Source of the DNA: Clostridiales bacterium
Lineage (GTDB): Bacteria > Bacillota > Clostridia > Oscillospirales > Oscillospiraceae
DNA: 64,000 nucleotides
Direction of reading: 5' to 3'
Assembly: GCA_020860385.1 (NCBI GenBank)
Contig: JAJBUK010000066.1
Location: 75 to 64,074, forward strand
The position numbers were made by a program, and so were the translations under genes. Each line of letters begins with the position of its first letter. The stretch's first letter is position 1. The notes under the pieces are model-generated. The model saw nothing but the letters and a program-made list of their open reading frames with translations. It was not told the origin of the DNA and searched no databases. This document shows, piece after piece, positions 57,719 through 64,000 of the stretch.

Positions 57719-58477
57719 TCAGCCTGCGTTCCAGCCGCCGTCCACGACCAGCACTTCGCCGTTGACGTAGCTGGAATCGTCGCTGGCGAGGAACAGGGTG
57801 GCGGCAGCCAGCTGCTCCGGTTTGCCGGGTTCCGGTGCGGCGGCCAGCACACTCTTCACCCGGCCGTAGCCGTTCATGTTGGGCATACCCATGGAGGTGG
57901 AGATTTCAGTATTGACTCCGCCGGGGGCCACGGCGTTGCAGCGGATGCCGTTGGGGAGGTACATGAAGGCGGTGTTCTTCGTCAGGGAGAGGACAGCCGC
58001 CTTGGAGGCACAGTAAATCGCGCCGGCGCAGGTGCGCATACCGCCGAGGGAGGCGATATTGATGATGTTGCCGCCGTTGCCCTGGGCCAGGAACACCTGG
58101 ACGGCCTTGCGCATGGCGTACATGGGGCCGTAGACATTGACGGAGAACACCTGCTCCATCCGCTCATTGGTGGCGTCTCCGATGGGGGACATATCGTCCA
58201 TCACACCGGCGTTGTTCACCAGAATGTCCAGCTTGCCGAACTCAGAGACCGCCATATCAATGGCGGCGTTCACGTCCGCTTCCTTGGACACGTCGCCGGG
58301 GCAGGGGACGACCTTGCCGGGATAGTCCGCCGCCGCAGCGGCCAGAGCCTCCAGCCGCTCCTTGCGGCGGGCCACGGCGATGACGTTGGCGCCCTCCTTG
58401 GCGAACAAGTCCACAATGGCTTTGCCAATGCCGGAGGATGCTCCGGTGACAACGACGGATTTGCCTTCTAACTTCAT
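57719..58477 (-). CDS. SDR family oxidoreductase
   Basis: TGASSGIG, NNAG, YCASK and NAVAPG motifs. Confidence 0.92.
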   Translation of the reverse strand: MKLEGKSVVVTGASSGIGKAIVDLFAKEGANVIAVARRKERLEALAAAAADYPGKVVPCPGDVSKEADVNAAIDMAVSEFGKLDILVNNAGVMDDMSPIGDATNERMEQVFSVNVYGPMYAMRKAVQVFLAQGNGGNIINIASLGGMRTCAGAIYCASKAAVLSLTKNTAFMYLPNGIRCNAVAPGGVNTEISTSMGMPNMNGYGRVKSVLAAAPEPGKPEQLAAATLFLASDDSSYVNGEVLVVDGGWNAG

Positions 58478-58892
58478 GGGGTACACTCCTTCTTTTTTTT
58501 GTGGTACGGATATTCGGTCATACGGCAGGTCAGCGTTCCGAATGACCACATTATAACAATTATAACATGAATCGGGCGGCTGTCAAGGGGGCGCGTTTTC
58601 GTTGCTGATTTCTGGCCTTGAAGTAGCAAATACCGCAACCCGTGCGGGCTGCCGCCGGGCAGGGGGATTGGAGATGAGCAAAAGAGGGGGGTGAATCGCA
58701 CGCCAAAAGCGGCACAACACTCAAGTAGGACGGAAACATTTTCATAAACGAAAAATAAAAGCTTCTGCCGCGCAGATAAACAAAATATCGTACAGCAGAA
58801 ACTTTTTTGGCTGGAAATCATTCTTAAAGTAATCTCATATGCGATTGAGGGTGTCAAAAACGCTGAATTATCAGCCATTTTCGGAAGTGTCC

Positions 58893-59094
58893 TGACCACG
58901 ATTTTGACCACTGGCGGCGAGCGGCAGCGTCTGAATCTCTTGAATCCAATTCCTCCTTATCAAGCGGTCGAACAAAGACTTACGATTCAAAAAAACTTTT
59001 CTTTTTTGCGAATTTCGACAATTTTTGCATCGTGTAAGCATGCATAAAAAAGAAAACAGTGGTCAAGATATTTGACCACTGTTTTGACCACTGG
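58893..59094. repeat. Array of TTGACCACTG-type direct and inverted repeats
   Basis: Copies at 58904, 59072 and 59084 (direct), 59057 (inverted), and a variant TGACCACG at 58893. Confidence 0.8.
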
Positions 59095-59174
59095 AGGTAA
59101 GACAGCCCTCCCATTTTGCCCGTTTCATGTCGTACAATTTTACAAATTTTCCATTCAAATCTCCAAATTAAAGG

Positions 59175-59203
59175 TTGACTTCGCCGCCACAATGCAGTAA
59201 AAT
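59175..59203 (+). promoter_or_regulatory. sigma-A promoter upstream of the AP2-type gene
   Basis: TTGACT-N17-TAAAAT. Confidence 0.6.
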
Positions 59204-59380
59204 GAGAGTAATCTAGTTATCGTAGGATTTCATTTGTGGGATTGGCGTGAAATAGCCTCCAATTACAGTACGCTTATGAGATTACTTTAAGGGCATTTTC
59301 TGTCCTATAGCGTATCCTTTCGTTGGAAGTTATCTTATTTTCGGAGTAATTCACGCGGCAAAAATGGAGAAATGGAGGCT

Positions 59381-60031
59381 ATGATGTCAATCAACGAACA
59401 AACTACTGACATTTCTCTGTTAGAACAGTCGGAGCAAAAGCCGCGCCGCCCGCTGCGCCGGGGCCATCCCCCTGCGGATATTGCCGGGCAGCGCTTCCGA
59501 ATGCTGACCGCCCTCTATCCCACGGAAAAGCGGGACAGGAACAACACTGTGGTCTGGCACTGCCGCTGCGACTGCGGCCGTGAGGTGGATGTTTCCTACG
59601 AGGATTTGAAGTACAGCAAAATCGTCAGCTGTGGCTGCCGCAAAAAAGAGGTGGAGCAGCAGCTCAGCGGCTATCTCACCCACGTTGCGGGCACCTCCGT
59701 AGACCTGTTGAAAAGCGAGAAAATGCGGCCGGACAACAAAACCGGCGTGCGCGGCGTGTTCCGTGCGCGGAACAGCTACCGGGCAGAGATTCGCTTCCAG
59801 AGCAAGCGTTATCACCTGGGCACCTATAAAACCCTGGAGGAGGCCGCCGCCGTCCGCCAGCGGGCGGAGCGGCAGCTCCACGGGGAGTTCCTGAACTATT
59901 ACGAGCAGTGGAAAGCGAAAGCGGACGCCGACCCGGCCTGGGGAGAGGCAAATCCCGTCACAGTCCAGGTAGTGCGGAAGGACGGTTATAACTTTGAACT
60001 GTCACCGCTGATACCAGCGTATGGTCCGTAG
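59381..60031 (+). CDS. AP2-domain protein of the mobile-element/phage-associated type
   Basis: GQRFRMLTAL...WHCRCDCG...SCGC N-domain; NKTGVRGV..YRAEIRF..KRYHLGTY.TLEEAAAVRQRAE AP2 motif. Confidence 0.8.
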   Translation: MMSINEQTTDISLLEQSEQKPRRPLRRGHPPADIAGQRFRMLTALYPTEKRDRNNTVVWHCRCDCGREVDVSYEDLKYSKIVSCGCRKKEVEQQLSGYLTHVAGTSVDLLKSEKMRPDNKTGVRGVFRARNSYRAEIRFQSKRYHLGTYKTLEEAAAVRQRAERQLHGEFLNYYEQWKAKADADPAWGEANPVTVQVVRKDGYNFELSPLIPAYGP

Positions 60032-63000
60032 GCACGAAACAAAGCTTTACCCTTGATAATTCATCTACTGCGATAGATGTATACTTGTACCAGGACGAAA
60101 ACGGATATTATATCGAGATCGACACGCAGAACATGACAGGCGGCACCACGCTGAACTTCAATGTTTCCATGGGATACCCCAACGAGACCTCCGCAGGCGG
60201 TAGTGTGACGGTTTCCGGCGCGATTGGAACGGAGAATAAAACAGAAAGCCTTGCATTCAAATGGTACACCCAAACGGATACCTATTCCGTCAAGAAGAGT
60301 ACCAGCGGCACACCGACCTTTGTGAGCAATGAGGATGGCAACATTTACCTGACCGGGCTGAAGTACACGGTCATACCAACAAGATCGCCTGCTTCTTCGT
60401 ACGGCAAGGACCATGTTGCGAAATTTACATATGCGGATACACTGGTTTTGCCCAATGGCCTTTCCTGGAGAGACGGGTTGCTTGATGCAATTGACCCTCT
60501 ATGATGCAAATGTGACCGAACCTGTAACCAATGAAAAAGGTGACAGTGAGACCATCAATCAGCAGGAGCAGGGGACGGGCATCTCCTACACCGGAGAGAA
60601 GGAGAACAGCAATTCCGGAGCATTGGTTAGCAACGATAAAGGCACAAACACCGATGCTACCATCACCCTGACGCAGTCGAACGGCGTGATTACCATGGTG
60701 GTGCGAACCAGCGCCGGGACTGATACCTACACTATTGGCACGGGCGAATATACCGATCTTTCCACCACTCTGGACGCCATCGGCTACTATGTGACCAATG
60801 ACACGACCTATACTCTCCTTTGGACGGTAGAGGACGTACGCTGGCGGGGAACAGCTCCGAGGAGTATACCTACACCGCCACGGTGAAGGATACCTTCATG
60901 CGCCTGACCGGCGATCAGTTCTGGGATCTGAACCAGAGCGACAGCGAGTACTGGACGGCGAGCAACGTTACCGTGGATGGCCAGGTTTCCAACACAGTGG
61001 TAGCCTATAACGCAGAGGATACCCCGCTTGGTCAGGCTACAGTCAACGGCGAGATTTACCGCGATTTTGTTCTGACCAAGGACTATACGGTTTCCGGCAA
61101 TTCGGTTACAACGGGCAGCATCGTCACCTACACAGTGACGGTGAAGCACGAGGGGACTGCCACCTATGACGCCCTGCCCTTAGTGGATCAGCTGGCCAAC
61201 GGTCAGGTGCTTCTGGTGCCGGTATCTGAAAATAGCAGCAACAACAGCCTGAGCGATGTGAACACAAGGACCGTGAACGGCACCGATTATTATGTCCTCG
61301 ATACGGCTGGTACCTACAAAAATGTCAAAATCAATTCCAGCGTGACGGCGGATAAAATCATCGTGGACAGCGACGGCTCGACCCTGATTTACTGCTATCT
61401 CGTCGTGAATAAGGATGATACGAAGAACATCACCTACACCACCCTAGTCGAGCAAGAAGGAGATGCCGATGGGTTCTCTCTGAAAAACCAGGTCTGGTTG
61501 AACGACCACGAGACCCACCGCCTCTATGCGGAGACCTCCCTGAACGGCAGCGTGCTGAGCATCGAAAAGCAAATCGTTACTGTGGGGGGCAATACGCCCG
61601 AGGAGGATGCTACAGTTTCCTACTCCATACTTTCCGGCAATGGGGAACAGGTCATCTATCGCCTGGAACTGAAGAACAACAGCGACAACCCGCTCACAGT
61701 GACCGGCGACAAGGTGTATGACGCCCTGCCGGTGAATGTCTTCGGCACCCTCTGGGATGAAGGCAACATCTCGATTTCCGTTGCCTACGGCACAGACGCC
61801 ACTGTGACAGGCAGCAACTGGGAGACAGGTTGGAGCGTCACCACCGTCGAGCCGGGCAGCGATAGTACAGAGGAAAATTTGGAAGCCACCCAGTGTTACA
61901 TCGTGTGGACTGGCGACCATACCCTCACCTTCACCGGCAGCGTGTACATCTATGTGACGCTGACCTACCCGTCGGGTGACGCCTGGACCAGCTATTATAA
62001 TGCATATCAGTCCACCACTCTGGTGAACGCCTTCCACGCCTACGCGCTGGAATCCGAGGTCTCCCACACCATCAGTTCCAAGACCAAGGCCACCCTCTAT
62101 AAGGGCGTCTACGCTACCGGTCTGACCACCGACAAAACCAGCAGTGGAACGTTCACAGCCAGCGACGAGAACAGCGCCCTTCTCTACTACACCAGCGATT
62201 CCGGCAGCAGATACGGCTGTGTGCAGTACTATGTGGTGCTGTACAACGAGGGGCCGGTGAATCTCTACCTGAACACCCTGACCGACACCCTGCCGAGCGG
62301 CTTTACCTATATCAACGATAGCGTAACGATCGCGACGGACACAACGGGCATTACGGTTTCGGATAGCTCCGGGGAAAGTGTAGAACTCATCACGGATTGC
62401 AGTGTGGCGGATACTGCCAACAAAAATGCGACCGGAAGCGTATCGTTTAATATCTCAGGCGGAAGTCTGGGCAGCGATACTACGGGGTACTATCTGAAGC
62501 CCGGTCAGGCCGTCGTATTCACCTACAAGGTGCTGACTGGCACGACTACGGGGGATAGCGAGACCAACACCATCACCATGCCGTTCAATGACTATGTGGG
62601 CGGTGGCCTGTCCGTTAGTGAGAAAGTCAGCGCAGATACCGTCACTGGCAGTTGGTACAACAGGGAGTCCCTGAGAAACGACGGCGGCACCAACCTTGTG
62701 ACGGATAAGGACAGTGATGGCAACATCACCTATACCCTGAGCTCCAGCGTCACTGTGGCGTGCGGCGAGATCCGCCCCGCCATCACCAAGAGCGCGACAA
62801 GCACCTCGTATGGTACGGCAGACGTCATAACCTGGAATATCACGGTGACCAATGAGGGCGAGAGCACCATGACAGATTACTCCATTACCGATGTCATCGA
62901 GTCGCCCTATGTGTTCTATTCTAAAAATACTACAAGTTATAATAAGACTGGCTATACCTTGTATTACACTGTGACAGATGAGACAGGTACTAGCTACACA

Positions 63001-64000
63001 TATTATATTTGCAATTTTTATAACTTTGGCGCTGACGAATATCAGATTTATACGTTCACTAAGAGTTCTATCACTCCTAATAGTAAAAAGTCAGCAGGCT
63101 ATGGCACCTCGATCTCTTGCTATGCGTATTACTATAATATGGGAAGTGACTATGGCAGAGTTTCGGCTACAGTGACCGTGGATAAGGATGATGATGGCAA
63201 CTATGTTTTGAAGGTTGATTTTGCCGACGCAAGATTCGCCCTTGCAGCCGGCACCACAGGCGTCCTCACCGTCAGCACGCAGAACCCCACGTCCACCAAT
63301 ACAAACGGCACGATTGAAAACGCCGCCTATGTCACCCCTACCAGCCAGACCTTCACTGATGTGGGCAGTGTCGGCATCGAAGTACCGGAGGGCGAAGAGG
63401 ACGGAGAGGAGGTCGTGGATTACCAGCACTCGGTGGAGTCCAAGGCCCAGGTTCCCGTCAGCTACGCCTCCGGCACCACCTCCAGCAAGGGGGTGACCGA
63501 GCTGGATGACAATGGGGACATAACCGGTAATTCCGTTACATCCAGCACCACCACCTCGGCACTGGGGCTGACCGACGACAGCAGCACCTTCCAATACACC
63601 CTGACGGTGAACAATGGAACCTCTCCAATCAACAGCCTGACGCTGTGGGACAGTCTGCCAGAGGTTGGCGACGCCGACGTGATTACCGGCGCCTCACGGT
63701 ACAGCCAGTTCAAGGTGTCGCTGGCCGATGTTCCCGGCTTTACAGTGACGGTGACAGACGGCACCACCACCTATAACCTCGAGGCGGGGACGGACTACAC
63801 CATCCAGTATACCAGCGACACCTCGTCAACGGCTGATTTGACCGATGACTCGGTTACCTGGACGGAGGAACCCTCTGACGACACCCGCGCTTTCCATGTT
63901 ATCTTCAAGTTTGGCGACGGCTGTAAGCTCACTTCCATCCCAGCAAACGCCACGGTCACGGTGACATTCAACGCGGTCATCGACGGCGGCGCGGATTCCG
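59998..64000 (+). pseudogene. Giant T/S/Y/D-rich beta-sandwich-repeat surface protein gene, 5'-truncated with two frameshifts, running off the window
   Basis: Frame 1 open 59998-60504; frame 2 open ~60500-60840; frame 1 open from ~60841 to the end with no stop (>1050 codons). Repeated K..........V.Y.V...N......L.D.LP pilin/DUF11-like motifs; no signal peptide or RBS. Confidence 0.75.

Noticed and set aside
58560-58900. tRNA or riboswitch near the repeat array
   Set aside because: No cloverleaf, T-loop or known riboswitch consensus could be recognised on either strand.

Overview
This is a GC-rich (~60%) chromosomal window from a spore-forming clostridial Firmicute, probably Oscillospiraceae-like (inferred from yunB, cotJ, NfnAB and gene order). 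The housekeeping backbone includes LCP, trkAH, trmK, yebC, RNase P RNA, murD, three M42 peptidases, ligA, nfnAB, cotJ, rsmI, luxS-mtnN-add and a MoxR triad. Three accessory blocks interrupt it. (1) 20.3-35.1 kb is the best candidate for an undescribed system: two Zn-ribbon/RCC1 beta-propeller paralogs, then a 9-gene operon. The operon encodes a non-canonical Hsp70, coiled-coil proteins, an ESCRT-III/Snf7-like protein next to a Vps4-like AAA ATPase, a catalytically degenerate AAA paralog and a tandem-SWIM HerA/FtsK-type ATPase. (2) 46.4-53.3 kb is a Zn-ribbon/TPR/C-type lectin/GH3/SPFH-SHOCT membrane operon. (3) From 58.9 kb there is a repeat array resembling integrase arm sites, an AP2-type gene and a broken giant surface-protein gene that runs off the window. 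A LysR-controlled GPH transporter/esterase/tannase-like locus lies at 36.4-41.9 kb. All family calls come from motif recognition by eye; no database search was run.
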